From an uncultured bacterium (lineage in GTDB: Bacteria > Hydrothermota > UBA3073 > NMUJ01 > CBEVQO01): 64,000 nt of DNA. Shown here piece by piece: positions 10,901 to 20,534 of the stretch. The position numbers were made by a program, and so were the translations under genes. The DNA is taken from contig CBEVQO010000003.1 of the NCBI GenBank assembly GCA_965552055.1, forward strand, positions 192,001 to 256,000. The letters run 5' to 3'. Under the pieces are notes generated by a model. It had not been told where the DNA came from, searched no databases, and worked only from the letters and a program-made list of their open reading frames with translations. Position 1 is the stretch's first letter. Each line of letters begins with the position of its first letter.

Positions 10901-11042
10901 TGAAAAGAAATCACCGGGATTTCATTCTGTAACATGGAAAGGTGAAGACGCCAGAGGCAAAAATGTTCCACCTGGAATCTACTTCTATCTCATAAAAGCA
11001 GGCAAAAATAGAGCGATTAAGAAAATGATAAAATTGAAATAA
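7950..11042 (+). CDS. secreted parallel beta-helix repeat protein with three ASH/choice-of-anchor-D-like Ig domains and C-terminal FlgD-Ig/T9SS-CTD-like domain
   Basis: Signal peptide MRRVALLFFILTGTAFA; GGGIYI..SSPTL.GNTITNNSA repeats; three HDFG...SNDPDEP repeats; PNPFSNFTKIKYQL...GIYFYLIKAG..KKMIKLK tail. Confidence 0.85.
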   Translation: MRRVALLFFILTGTAFAKIWVVDTTGAEGEKLQAAIDSAWANPGIDTVLLKDGTYHLGGVNGDTGLIMRDSVVLMSENGAQKCTLTAASEDGTDTAWHVIYCSGWDTASHAALIRGFTIKDGAAWGASPHDRGGGIYIDSASPTIDSCIITNNFAWASGAGIYILDHSSPILSGNTITDNIGGVGGGIYIHVYSSPTLKGNTITNNSAALDGGGIHITDYSSPILIGNTITNNSAANGGGIYIHDHSSPTLEGNTITNNSADDDGGGIYIAYSCSPTLSGNTITDNSANDEGGGISIRSFCSPTLSSNTIINNSANYGGGIFIWYYSSPTLECNTITNNSANWGGGIYIYDHSSPTLSGNTITNNYANYGGGICIYKYCSAKLTKCVICMNKSKSGGVIYDTLNSRIIIDSSFIADNEGLAYIASDADSGVTFRLTQSHIYYNTFQLDTEINNLSSVTINLENNFWWDKTFSEISAKIKGNADFYPWLDDFILEGVPAEPVGVYSLKNYDRDFLTIIDSVGEGDTLYIKLTGYDRNPDLRELAIVILKSSVYPQGIAVGLIETDTNSGVYEGKAYVLESTGNDTIRTDDINQIIRVDPIGDEIILQSNIDTTKKFFVKYKGGLQPDIVLSDTVHDFGSCSPYDTIDWQMWVKNAGNTNLVIDSVRLEAPFAIVSPTLPETISLSDSSEFTIRFNPQDIGDFFDTMEIYSNDPDEPVAKIYLSGKVLASNIILSDTIHDFGICSPYDTIDWKVWVKNTGNETLSVDSVKVNLPFKLISPSLSQIILPSDSTEFTIRFNPQDTGSFFDTMKIYSDDPNKPVAKIYLSGRAVIPNIVLSDTLHDFDSCFLYGTIYWKMKVWNKGNIDLIIDSVKVNSPFFVTSPSFPQTIQPDGSLELTICFNPQDTGNFVDTMKIYSNDPDEPVAKVVLIASCVGLQEMLPKTFKVNNTPNPFSNFTKIKYQLPEEEKVRIEIIDITGRLIKVLVDEKKSPGFHSVTWKGEDARGKNVPPGIYFYLIKAGKNRAIKKMIKLK
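8340..9090 (+). repeat. intragenic tandem ~69-72-bp repeats (23-24 aa beta-helix rungs, about 10 units)
   Basis: Recurring TTCACCCACATT..AGGCAACACAATCACAAACAATTCTGCT..GGTGGCGGAATTTACATT; boundaries approximate. Confidence 0.9.
9822..10740 (+). repeat. three ~309-bp intragenic repeats (Ig-like domains)
   Basis: Units begin near 9822, 10131 and 10440 (DIVLSDTVHDFG, NIILSDTIHDFG, NIVLSDTLHDFD). Confidence 0.85.
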
Positions 11043-11051
11043 TTTATTCAC

Positions 11052-11078
11052 TTGACAAACTGAATTTTTGAATATTTT
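11052..11078 (+). promoter_or_regulatory. promoter TTGACA-N15-TATTTT, 7 nt before ATG 11086 (leaderless)
   Basis: Boxes seen; no SD. Confidence 0.55.
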
Positions 11079-11085
11079 TATTGTC

Positions 11086-14000
11086 ATGTATGTCGGGATT
11101 GATGTAGGTTCTGTTAGTGTGAAGACGGTTATACTCGATAAAGACAAAAAGATAGTAAAGGTACTGCCATACACAAGGCATTATGGTGAGCCAGTGAAGA
11201 TTGTTAAAAAACATCTCGAAGAAATTGAAAAAGAATTTCCAGTTGTTGACAGCGTTAGAGTGACTGGGGCAGGAGGAAAGCTTCTTTCACATCTTCTCGG
11301 TGTGCCTTTTGTAAACGAACTACCAGCGCAAACCGAAGCAGCAAGAGAATATTATCCACATGCAAAATGCATAATTGATATTGGGGGAGAGGACTCTAAA
11401 TTTATAGATATCGAAAAAGAAGATTTTGCGATGAACGAGCTGTGTGCTGCAGGAACAGGTGCTTTTCTTGACCAGCAGGCATCACGAATGGGCTATACAA
11501 TTGAGGAATTCGCAGAAGTATCCCTTAAATCCAAAAATCCACCAAGAATAGCAGGAAGATGCACTGTATTTGCCAAAACCGATATGATTCATCTACAGCA
11601 GGAAGCAACGCCTGATTATGACATAATCGCAGGATTGCACTTTGCTCTCGCACGCAACTTCAAATCTGAAATAGCAAAAGGAAGAAAAATAAGACCGCCT
11701 GTGCTTTTCCATGGAGGCGTGGCATTTAATAAAGGGATGGTGCATGCATTCCGTAAGGAACTCGGCTTGAAAGAAGATGAACTTATAGTGCCAGAGTATT
11801 GTGCGTGGATGTGTGCAATTGGAACAGCTATCATCGCAATTAAAGAAGGAGAAAAGAAAGAAATCAAAATAAAAGATTTAATCGAAAGATTGGAAAAGTA
11901 TTTGAGAGATTACAAAGTAGAATGGAAATCCCTGCCAAAATTATCACTTGAGCAATCAAAAATTTTATGGTATCACAGAAAGGAACATAAATTTAAAGAA
12001 GGAGAAAAAGTAGATGCATATATCGGAATAGATGTAGGTTCCACATCCACAAAAGTTGCAGCAATTGATGAAAATGGAAATTTACTTGGTGAAGTTTATC
12101 TATGGACATCCGGAAGACCCATAGAAGCAGTAAGAGAGTGTTTGAGAATTTTAAATGAGAAAATAGGAAAATACATAAATGTAAAAGGAGCAGGCACAAC
12201 AGGTTCTGGAAGATATCTAACGGGCGATATAATAGGGGCTGATGTTGTTGTAAATGAGATAACTGCACAGGCAAGGGCAGCGGTACACATTGACCCTTAT
12301 GTTGACACAATATTTGAGATAGGGGGACAGGATTCGAAATACATCTCTATTGAGAATGGTGTAATCGTTGATTTTGAGATGAACAAAGTTTGTGCTGCTG
12401 GAACCGGCTCTTTCTTACAGGAGCAGGCAGAGCGCTTAAATGTAAAAATTGAAGATTTTGGAGATATTGCTTTGCGGGCAGAAAAACCATGTGACCTCGG
12501 AGAAAGATGCACAGTTTTTATGGAAACAAATTTGACACAATATCAAAGAAAAGGTGTGTCAAAAGAAAACCTGATTGCAGGCTTATGCTATTCCATAGCG
12601 AAAAATTATTTAACGCAGGTAGTAGGTAAAAAGCGAATAGGCAATCGCATACTGTTTCAGGGTGCGGTAGCATTTAATAAGGGAGTAGTAGCTGCTTTTG
12701 AAAAAATCCTTGGCAAACCCATAATAGTGCCAGAAAATCCACATGTAACCGGTGCAATGGGTGCTGCAATGTGTGCAATGGAAAAAGTAAAAGAAAAAGG
12801 AAAAACAAGATTCAGAGGATTTGATAAAATCGTAAATATGAAATATGAACAAAAAACATTCATCTGCAAAGGCTGTCCGAATCACTGTGAGATAAAACAG
12901 GTAAAAATCGAAGGCGAAGATGTACCTCTTTATTATGGTGCGAGATGCGAAAAATATGAATTTAAAAAAGAAAAGAAAAAATTAGGAGAAGATTTACCCG
13001 ACCTTTTTGCAGAAAGAGAAAAATATCTGCTGGAAGCGTATGAAAAAGCACAAGAAGTTGAAGGTCCAAAAGTTGGCATTCCCTATGCCTCTCTTTTCCA
13101 CGAATATTTGCCTTTCTGGGCGACATTTCTGGCAGAACTTGGCTTTAAGCCTGTACTTTCTGATAGAACAAATAAAAAGATAATGCACCAGGGGGCTGCT
13201 TCTGCAAACGCAGAATTTTGCTTCCCAATTAAACTTGTAATAGGGCATGTAATAAATCTTCTTGAGAAAAATGTAGATTTTCTATTTTTGCCGAGTATAA
13301 TTGATACACATCCACCAAAAGGAGCAAAAAGAAGTTATATCTGTCCATACAATCAGGAGATACCTCATATAATAATGGCAGCTCTAAGACCAAAAGTAAA
13401 AATTTTAAATCCAGTAGTGTATTTCAGGAATCAAAAAGCACTTTTTAGAAGTTTAGTGGAATTTGGAAGAGAAATCGGAAAAGATGAAGCACTTATAAAA
13501 CGGGCGATTAGAAAAGCACAAAAAGCACAGGAGGAATTCTGGAGAAAGATAAAAGAAAGAGGAAGGGAAATTTTAAGCACATTAAAAGGAAATGCACTTG
13601 TAATCGTTGGAAGGTCTTACAATACCTGTGACCGCATGGCAAATCTTGATATACCCAAGATTTTAAGGGAAAGAGGTCAAATGGTAATTCCGATGGATTT
13701 CTTACCCGTTGAAGAAATAGATGTTTCGGACTGGCCCAATATGTACTGGACTTATGGCAGGAAAATTCTTGCAGCTGCCCGCCTTATAAGAGATGATGAA
13801 AGATTATTTGCAGTTTACTTAACAAATTTTGGATGTGGACCTGATTCATTTATACATCAATATGTTAGAAAAGAACTCGGTGGTAAACCTTTCTTACAGA
13901 TAGAGATAGATGAACATTCAGCGCCTGCTGGTGTTATCACACGATGCGAGGCTTTTCTTGATTCCATAAAGAATGCAAAGAAAAAAGGTGAAATTTATAT

Positions 14001-15219
14001 AAAATCTGCACCGAAATATAAAAAATATGAAGGCAGGACGATATATTTGCCGCACATGGGAGATTGTGCGTATGCACTTTGGGCTGCTTTCAGAAAACAT
14101 GGAATACCAGCAGAGATAATAAAATCAGATGACAGGACACTTGAACTCGGCAGGAAATACACATCGGGTAAAGAGTGTTATCCATGTGTTATCACAACAG
14201 GCGATATGCTTAAAACTCTGGAAGAAAATGACCCCAAAAAATGTGCATTCTTCATGTCAACTGCGTATGGACCCTGTCGCTTCGGACAATACTGTCATTT
14301 GCAAAGAATGATTCTTGATGAACTTGGATATAAAGATGTGCCGATTGTATCACCGGGTGCCCCTGAATCACTCGATTTTTATCGCGAGTATGATATGGCA
14401 AATCCAGAAGGTGTTATGACACTTGTAAGAGCATTGCAGGGAGTTGTGGCAATTGATTACCTTTTGAAATTAAGAAGAGAAAAAAGACCCTATGAAGCGA
14501 ATAAAGGTGAAACAGATAGAGTTTATCAAAAATGGTTGATGAAAATCTGTGAGGCAATACAGAAAGGAGGGGTAGGCAAAACACTAAAGCAGGCAGTAGA
14601 AGATTTTAAGAAAATAAAAGTAAAAGATGTAGAAAAGCCAAGAATTGCGATAGTTGGGGAGATTTTTGTTCGCTCACATGAATACAGCAATAACAACATT
14701 GAGAGGAAAGTTGAAGAGATGGGTGGAGAAACCTGTTTTCCGCCTTTTTATGAATGGGGCTTACATACAGCAAATACACGCAGGTTGGATGCAAAAGTTG
14801 ATGGAAATCCATTTCAGGCATTTTTATCTCACTGGACAGAGTTTGCATTAAAATATTTTGAAAAGTCACTCGGTAAATATGTCTGGCATGCTTTAAAATA
14901 TCCAGAAGAAGTTGATATCGAAGAGATATGGGATGCTGCTTCTGATTATTTGATAAGATGGTGGGGCGAACCTGCGTTATCTGTAGGTGATGCTGTAATA
15001 TGGGCACGCAAAGGTGAAATTGATGGTATAATAAACCTTATGCCATTCACATGTATGCCGGGAAATACAACAGCATCGGTATTTAAGAGAGTAAAAGACG
15101 ATTTTAACATCCCTGTACTGGATATTGCATTTGATGGGCTGGAACAGGGCACCCTTGAGCAGCGCCTCGAAGCCTTTATGTATCAGGTAAAGCGCCACAA
15201 AGAGAAGAAATTGAAATAA
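11086..15219 (+). CDS. CoA-substrate-specific enzyme activase (two BcrAD/BadFG ATPase domains plus DUF2229-like domains)
   Basis: Two GIDVGS / IGGxDSK / CAAGTG[AS]FL modules, CKGCPNHC, FCFPIK, FGCGPDS, MPFTCMPG; likely start MYVGIDVG. Confidence 0.9.
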   Translation: MYVGIDVGSVSVKTVILDKDKKIVKVLPYTRHYGEPVKIVKKHLEEIEKEFPVVDSVRVTGAGGKLLSHLLGVPFVNELPAQTEAAREYYPHAKCIIDIGGEDSKFIDIEKEDFAMNELCAAGTGAFLDQQASRMGYTIEEFAEVSLKSKNPPRIAGRCTVFAKTDMIHLQQEATPDYDIIAGLHFALARNFKSEIAKGRKIRPPVLFHGGVAFNKGMVHAFRKELGLKEDELIVPEYCAWMCAIGTAIIAIKEGEKKEIKIKDLIERLEKYLRDYKVEWKSLPKLSLEQSKILWYHRKEHKFKEGEKVDAYIGIDVGSTSTKVAAIDENGNLLGEVYLWTSGRPIEAVRECLRILNEKIGKYINVKGAGTTGSGRYLTGDIIGADVVVNEITAQARAAVHIDPYVDTIFEIGGQDSKYISIENGVIVDFEMNKVCAAGTGSFLQEQAERLNVKIEDFGDIALRAEKPCDLGERCTVFMETNLTQYQRKGVSKENLIAGLCYSIAKNYLTQVVGKKRIGNRILFQGAVAFNKGVVAAFEKILGKPIIVPENPHVTGAMGAAMCAMEKVKEKGKTRFRGFDKIVNMKYEQKTFICKGCPNHCEIKQVKIEGEDVPLYYGARCEKYEFKKEKKKLGEDLPDLFAEREKYLLEAYEKAQEVEGPKVGIPYASLFHEYLPFWATFLAELGFKPVLSDRTNKKIMHQGAASANAEFCFPIKLVIGHVINLLEKNVDFLFLPSIIDTHPPKGAKRSYICPYNQEIPHIIMAALRPKVKILNPVVYFRNQKALFRSLVEFGREIGKDEALIKRAIRKAQKAQEEFWRKIKERGREILSTLKGNALVIVGRSYNTCDRMANLDIPKILRERGQMVIPMDFLPVEEIDVSDWPNMYWTYGRKILAAARLIRDDERLFAVYLTNFGCGPDSFIHQYVRKELGGKPFLQIEIDEHSAPAGVITRCEAFLDSIKNAKKKGEIYIKSAPKYKKYEGRTIYLPHMGDCAYALWAAFRKHGIPAEIIKSDDRTLELGRKYTSGKECYPCVITTGDMLKTLEENDPKKCAFFMSTAYGPCRFGQYCHLQRMILDELGYKDVPIVSPGAPESLDFYREYDMANPEGVMTLVRALQGVVAIDYLLKLRREKRPYEANKGETDRVYQKWLMKICEAIQKGGVGKTLKQAVEDFKKIKVKDVEKPRIAIVGEIFVRSHEYSNNNIERKVEEMGGETCFPPFYEWGLHTANTRRLDAKVDGNPFQAFLSHWTEFALKYFEKSLGKYVWHALKYPEEVDIEEIWDAASDYLIRWWGEPALSVGDAVIWARKGEIDGIINLMPFTCMPGNTTASVFKRVKDDFNIPVLDIAFDGLEQGTLEQRLEAFMYQVKRHKEKKLK

Positions 15220-15275
15220 AATTTAATTTTTAAAATATTCTTGACTTTTTTCCATTTTGAAGATAATATAATGAT

Positions 15276-15560
15276 ATGGAAGAGAAAGTTCCACAACCCG
15301 ATTTTTATAGCCTGGTTAACTTTTTTGCATTAATTGCACTTCAACATCTTGGACTTGTCAAAAATCCCATAACAGATAAAGTTGAGAAAAATCTTGAACT
15401 TGCTAAATACACAATCGATACACTTGATTTGATAAAAGAAAAGACAAAAGGTAATCTTACCGAAGATGAGGAAAGATTTTTAGATAACATAATTGCAGAC
15501 CTTAAGATGAATTATGTAAGGATAAAGAATGAAGAGAGTGCAAATCCCCCACCTTCTTGA
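15276..15560 (+). CDS. DUF1844 family protein
   Basis: ALQHLG..NP, AKYTIDTL..IKEKTKGNLTEDE; TTGACT at 15241. Confidence 0.85.
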   Translation: MEEKVPQPDFYSLVNFFALIALQHLGLVKNPITDKVEKNLELAKYTIDTLDLIKEKTKGNLTEDEERFLDNIIADLKMNYVRIKNEESANPPPS

Positions 15561-16332
15561 AAAGAAGAAAAAAGGAGAAAAAGCAGTATTATTAACAGCC
15601 TATGATGCTATAACAGCAGAGATAGAGGATAAAGCAGGTATTGATGTTATCCTCGTGGGAGACTCTGTTGGTATGACGGTACTGGGTTATAGGACAACGC
15701 TTCCTGTTACCGTTGATGAGATGCTTATTTTTTGTAAAGCCGTTCGTTCGCGTGTCAAACATGCACTTGTTATCGCTGATATGCCGTTTTTATCTTATCA
15801 GGTATCTGTGGAAGAAGCTATAAGAAATGCTGGTAGATTTTTAAAAGAAGCAGATTGCGATGGTGTAAAAATTGAAGGCGGAGAAGAAATGCTCGATGTT
15901 ATAAAAAATCTTGTGAGAGTAGGGATTCCTGTTATGGGGCATATTGGTATGACACCTCAGTGGATAAAAGCTTTTGGAGGATATAAAGTGCGTGGCAGAA
16001 CAGAAAAAGAGCGTCAGAAACTTTTAAGAGATGCAAAGTTACTTGAAGAAGCAGGTGTTTTTTCAATAATTTTGGAGTGCGTTTTACCTGACATAGCAAA
16101 AGAAATTTCAGAAAGTTTGGAAATTCCAGTTTATGGAATAGGTTCGGGTCCTTATTGCGATGGTCAAATACTTGTGGTTACGGATATACTTGGGCTTTTT
16201 AAAGAATTTGTCCCCAAATATGTGAAACAATACGAGAATCTCTACGATAAAATTTTTGCTGCTGTGAAAAGATATATCGAAGATGTAAAAACAGGGCGTT
16301 ATCCTTCAAAAGAGCATTGTTATGATAAATGA
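15529..16332 (+). CDS. panB: 3-methyl-2-oxobutanoate hydroxymethyltransferase
   Basis: LTAYD, LVGDSVGM, ADMPF, VKIEGG, GHIGMTPQ, GIGSG..CDGQILV. Confidence 0.96.
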   Translation: MKRVQIPHLLEKKKKGEKAVLLTAYDAITAEIEDKAGIDVILVGDSVGMTVLGYRTTLPVTVDEMLIFCKAVRSRVKHALVIADMPFLSYQVSVEEAIRNAGRFLKEADCDGVKIEGGEEMLDVIKNLVRVGIPVMGHIGMTPQWIKAFGGYKVRGRTEKERQKLLRDAKLLEEAGVFSIILECVLPDIAKEISESLEIPVYGIGSGPYCDGQILVVTDILGLFKEFVPKYVKQYENLYDKIFAAVKRYIEDVKTGRYPSKEHCYDK

Positions 16333-17227
16333 AATCGATATAATCAGGGATTTAAAAAATATTTTTCCAAAGATTGGCAACGATGCGGCAGATTTTAAAT
16401 TGTCAGGTGATAAAATTCCGATTGCATGTATTGATAGTTATTATGAAGGTGTTCATTTTGAATTTTCTTATTGTCCGCGCGATGTCGTGGGCTACAGGAG
16501 TGTAGCTGCCACTTTGAGCGACATAGCAGCTGTTGGAGGTGTTCCCCGATATATTGCGGTAAGTGTGGGTTTAAGTTCACCCAGGTTTTACAAAGAGATA
16601 ATTGAAGGGATAAAAGAAGCATGCGATAAATTTGGAGTAGAAGTAATTGGTGGTGATACAATTGAGTCACCTCATACTTTTCTAACTATTTGTGCCATTG
16701 GTGAAGCAGAGCGTGTGGTACCACGACAGGGTGCAGAAGCAGGCGATTTAATATGCGTAACAGGAACAATAGGTGATGCTGCTATTAATTTTTCTTATCT
16801 TAAATCTGGTTTTAAACTCGGGAACAAAAATAACAAATTTTTTTATCCTGAACCAAGAATTAAAGAAGGGCAAAAATTGTCCCCCTATGTAACTTCTATG
16901 ATAGATATTTCTGACGGTCTTATAATCGACCTCTGGCGATTACTTTATGAAGGTAAGTTAGGTGCGCAAATTGATATAAAAAATATTCCGATAAAAGAAG
17001 AAAGCATAAAATTATGTGAAGAAATGGGCAGAGATTATTTGAATTTTCAATTGTATGGAGGTGAAGATTATGAATTACTTTTTACGATTAAAGAAGAAAA
17101 TTTACCCAAAATTCGGGATGTAGATTTTAGAGTCATAGGCAGAGTTATTGATAAGAAAGGATTTTTTACAAAGAAATGGCAAAAGATTCATGTAAGGGGA
17201 TATGTTCATTTTAAAAGTGTCAGGTAA
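16322..17227 (+). CDS. thiL: thiamine-monophosphate kinase
   Basis: IGNDAA, EGVHF, LSDIAAVG, IGGDT, IDISDGL, GGEDYELLFT. Confidence 0.92.
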   Translation: MINEIDIIRDLKNIFPKIGNDAADFKLSGDKIPIACIDSYYEGVHFEFSYCPRDVVGYRSVAATLSDIAAVGGVPRYIAVSVGLSSPRFYKEIIEGIKEACDKFGVEVIGGDTIESPHTFLTICAIGEAERVVPRQGAEAGDLICVTGTIGDAAINFSYLKSGFKLGNKNNKFFYPEPRIKEGQKLSPYVTSMIDISDGLIIDLWRLLYEGKLGAQIDIKNIPIKEESIKLCEEMGRDYLNFQLYGGEDYELLFTIKEENLPKIRDVDFRVIGRVIDKKGFFTKKWQKIHVRGYVHFKSVR

Positions 17228-18136
17228 ATGTTAGAAATAAGGATAAAAGATAGAGAATTTAAGAATCCGATATTTACGGCATCCGGTACTTTTTCGCCTG
17301 ATTTTAAAGATTATTGCGATACATCTAAAATAGGGGCTATTTTTACAAAAACGATAACATTTAGAGCGAAAGAAGGCAATCCACCCGAAAGGTTGTGGGA
17401 AGTGCCCTGTGGTTTAATAAACTCAATAGGGCTTGATAATCCGGGAGTGGATGAATTTAGGAAAAAAGAATTACCAGAATATTTTTCGCTTAATACCGAT
17501 ATTTTTGTAAGCATTGGAGGCGAGAAGATAGAAGAATTTTGTAAAATTGTTGAAAAATTGGAAGACACTCAAATTGCTGGTTTTGAACTTAATTTATCGT
17601 GTCCAAATGTTGAGAAAGGCAGAGAATTTTGCAAAGATTTAAAAAATCTGGAAAAGTTGTTGAAGGAAGTTAGAAAATTGACTGAAAAGATAATAATTTG
17701 TAAACTAAGTGCGATGGTGAATGACATTTGTGAAGTTGCCAAAGTGTGTGAAGATAATGGTGCAGATGCTTTAACATTGATAAATACTCTGCCTGCCTTT
17801 GCTGTTGATGTGGATACGAAAAGACCTCGTTTGGGCGGGATAACGGGTGGGCTATCCGGACCTGCGATAAAACCCGTGGCATTATGGTGTGTTTATAAAG
17901 TAAGAAAAGTTTGTAAAATTCCAATAATAGGATGTGGGGGAATAACTTCTCTTATGGATGTTCTTGAATATTTAATTTCTGGAGCTACGGCTGTTCAAGT
18001 GGGTACCTATAACTTTGTAAATCACAAAATATGTGAAGATTTGGTTGACAATCTCATATCTTATTTAAAATCAAAAGAGATGAGTTTGAGCGAGTTAATA
18101 GGGAGCATAAATGACAAGGTTAATAATAGCACTTGA
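17228..18136 (+). CDS. pyrD: dihydroorotate dehydrogenase, family 1
   Basis: NPIFTASGT, INSIGLDNPG, ELNLSCPNV, LINT, GGLSGPAIKP. Confidence 0.93.
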   Translation: MLEIRIKDREFKNPIFTASGTFSPDFKDYCDTSKIGAIFTKTITFRAKEGNPPERLWEVPCGLINSIGLDNPGVDEFRKKELPEYFSLNTDIFVSIGGEKIEEFCKIVEKLEDTQIAGFELNLSCPNVEKGREFCKDLKNLEKLLKEVRKLTEKIIICKLSAMVNDICEVAKVCEDNGADALTLINTLPAFAVDVDTKRPRLGGITGGLSGPAIKPVALWCVYKVRKVCKIPIIGCGGITSLMDVLEYLISGATAVQVGTYNFVNHKICEDLVDNLISYLKSKEMSLSELIGSINDKVNNST

Positions 18137-18788
18137 TGTTGAGAGTAAAGAAAAAGCATTAGAACTTGTTGATGTTATAGGTGGGGAATGTGATTTTTAT
18201 AAAATAGGTCCAAAGCTTTTTTGCAGATATGGTATTGATATAGTGCGAGAATTAAAAAAGAGAGGAAAAAAGATTTTTCTTGATTTAAAGTTACATGATA
18301 TTCCAAAAGTTGTTTCAGATACTGTTAAATTTTTTGAAGAAGAAGGTGTTGACCTTTTGACTTTACATTGTGCAGGTGGTATTGATATGCTGACATCTGC
18401 GAGATACGGTAGAGAAGGGGACTTGCCGCTTCTATTTGGGGTTACTGTTTTATCTTCTCTTACCGATGATTTTATCGAAGAGATGTTTGCACGCCCTCCT
18501 TCTGATGCTGTTTTTTACTTCGCTGATATGGCGAAAAAGGCAGGTCTGGATGGTATCGTAGTGCCACCTTTTTCTTTAAAAGCACTTTCTGAGAGTTATA
18601 AAGGAAAGTTATTACTTTTAAGCGCGGGTATACGGCTGGATAAACGCAAAGACGACCATGCTACTGTTCTTACTCCTTCAGAAGCCCGCCATTGCGGTGC
18701 AGATTTCATCGTGGTTGGCCGACCCATTTATCAGGCAAACAACCCTAAAGAGGTAGTTAAAAAAATAATAAAAGAATTAAGGAGGTGA
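18111..18788 (+). CDS. pyrF: orotidine-5'-phosphate decarboxylase
   Basis: LIIALD, FLDLKLHDIP, IVVGRPI. Confidence 0.95.
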   Translation: MTRLIIALDVESKEKALELVDVIGGECDFYKIGPKLFCRYGIDIVRELKKRGKKIFLDLKLHDIPKVVSDTVKFFEEEGVDLLTLHCAGGIDMLTSARYGREGDLPLLFGVTVLSSLTDDFIEEMFARPPSDAVFYFADMAKKAGLDGIVVPPFSLKALSESYKGKLLLLSAGIRLDKRKDDHATVLTPSEARHCGADFIVVGRPIYQANNPKEVVKKIIKELRR

Positions 18789-18789
18789 T

Positions 18790-19719
18790 ATGGCAAAATT
18801 AAAAACAGAAGAGAAAGTATATAATAATTTCAGAGTTTATCTTGTATATGATGAGGAACACGATGTTTACGGTGTTGTTATGTCTGGTTCTTTTGATACA
18901 GAGCCTGCCCATGATTTTCGCAAGTACTTACAGGACAACCTGTTTAAGCAGAGGCATAATTATATCGTGGATACCGAGTTGCTCGAATATATAAGTTCTA
19001 CAGGTATAAGTGTTCTTGCCAGTTTTGACAGCAATAAGCGCCTTTTTGCATTTTTCTCGGAATTCAATGATTATATAAAAAGACCATGCAAACTTATAGG
19101 GCTTGATAGATTTTTGAAGTTCTATAAGAATCTGGATGAATTGAAGGATAAAGTATCTTCTGAATTTCTTGATGAGATAAAAGAGTTTAAACATTTTGCT
19201 ATTGTAAAAGCACCTCGTGAGCGCTGGGTTAAGATTTTACTTTCTTATGTTCCAAAGGAAAAAGCAGTTACTGCTATTCGTGAAATGACACCGATAATAA
19301 TGCAGGTAGAAAGGGCAAAATCTTTGTCACTGCCAAGTGATGAAAAATATGCAGCATGTCTTTACAAATTTATGGAAAGGGTTTTGTATAAAGAAGCAAA
19401 AGTTCCAAAAGAAAAGATACCAGAAGATGACCTTGAATTTGCAGCAAAAGAAATTTTTACAAATGCTTGCAGACATGGTTATAAATATTCAAAAGATGGT
19501 ATCATTGATGTTGAATATTCTTTAAAAGAAGATGAAGTTGTAATTGATGTAATTGATTATGGTACAGGGATAAAAGGCGTTCCTATGGGTGGCAAAGGCA
19601 TTCCAATGCTTCGCAAAATATTTGATGCAGTATTTTTAACCCCTGCTCCAAAAAGGGAACACAAAGGTATAACTCTGGGTGAAGGCACTAAGGTTCGCCT
19701 CGTTAAATTCTTAAAATGA
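18790..19719 (+). CDS. STAS (anti-anti-sigma) plus RsbW-like HATPase (anti-sigma kinase) fusion
   Basis: STAS-like SGSFD...LEYISSTGISVL; C-terminal EIFTNACRHG, DYGTG, GGKGI, GTKVRLVK boxes. Confidence 0.75.
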   Translation: MAKLKTEEKVYNNFRVYLVYDEEHDVYGVVMSGSFDTEPAHDFRKYLQDNLFKQRHNYIVDTELLEYISSTGISVLASFDSNKRLFAFFSEFNDYIKRPCKLIGLDRFLKFYKNLDELKDKVSSEFLDEIKEFKHFAIVKAPRERWVKILLSYVPKEKAVTAIREMTPIIMQVERAKSLSLPSDEKYAACLYKFMERVLYKEAKVPKEKIPEDDLEFAAKEIFTNACRHGYKYSKDGIIDVEYSLKEDEVVIDVIDYGTGIKGVPMGGKGIPMLRKIFDAVFLTPAPKREHKGITLGEGTKVRLVKFLK

Positions 19720-20534
19720 TTTTTTTGTTTTTATTGAACATTCATCAAATTGTAAAAGGCGACCTTTTAAAGATTTCAGTATGGGGGGTAGAAGAACTTA
19801 CTGGAGTAGAAGTTCGTGTTGATGAAGATGGTTATATCGCTTTTCCATGGACAAAGAGGATAAAAGCAGAAGGTTTAACCCTTACCCAGTTAGAAGATAC
19901 TCTTGAGAAACATTTGTCGCGGTATATCAAAAATTGCAGTGTATCTATTTTGCTGGTTGAATCTTCCATTAATAAAGTTTATGTATATGGTGAAGTCAAA
20001 AATCCGGGTATCTATCGCATAGAACCCGGGATGACACTGCTTGATGCTTTGACGCTCGCAGGAGGTTTAACTCCATCTGCAGACCTTTCTAATATAAAAA
20101 TCATACGAAAAGGAAAAGAAATACTTTGTGATATAAGAAATCCTAACATTTCAGAATTTGTACTAAGACCTTCGGATATTATAAAAGTTGGTAAGTTAAA
20201 TCCAATACTTATTTTTGGTGATGTGGAAAAATCCGGGGAATATTATTACGATAAGATAAAAATTTTTGAACTTCTTGCGATAGCAAAAGTGAAAACTGGT
20301 AAAATAAAAAAAATTGAAATTCTGACAGAAAATAATCGGAAAATAAAATTTGATAGAAGAAAGCTCGAAAAAGGTGCTTTGAGGTACACTTTAAAGCCCG
20401 GCGATATTGTTTATGTTGAAGTTTGTAAAAAGAGAAAACTTACAGATGTAGCGCGTGACTTTGCTATAATTTTATCACCGGTTTTAACAGTTATCATAAT
20501 TTTAAATGGATTAAAAAATCTTGGCTGGTTATGA
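19716..20534 (+). CDS. polysaccharide export family / SLBB-domain protein
   Basis: GDLLKISVWG, RVDEDGYIAFP, VYGEVKNPGIY, DALTLAGG..SADL. Confidence 0.85.
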   Translation: MIFLFLLNIHQIVKGDLLKISVWGVEELTGVEVRVDEDGYIAFPWTKRIKAEGLTLTQLEDTLEKHLSRYIKNCSVSILLVESSINKVYVYGEVKNPGIYRIEPGMTLLDALTLAGGLTPSADLSNIKIIRKGKEILCDIRNPNISEFVLRPSDIIKVGKLNPILIFGDVEKSGEYYYDKIKIFELLAIAKVKTGKIKKIEILTENNRKIKFDRRKLEKGALRYTLKPGDIVYVEVCKKRKLTDVARDFAIILSPVLTVIIILNGLKNLGWL

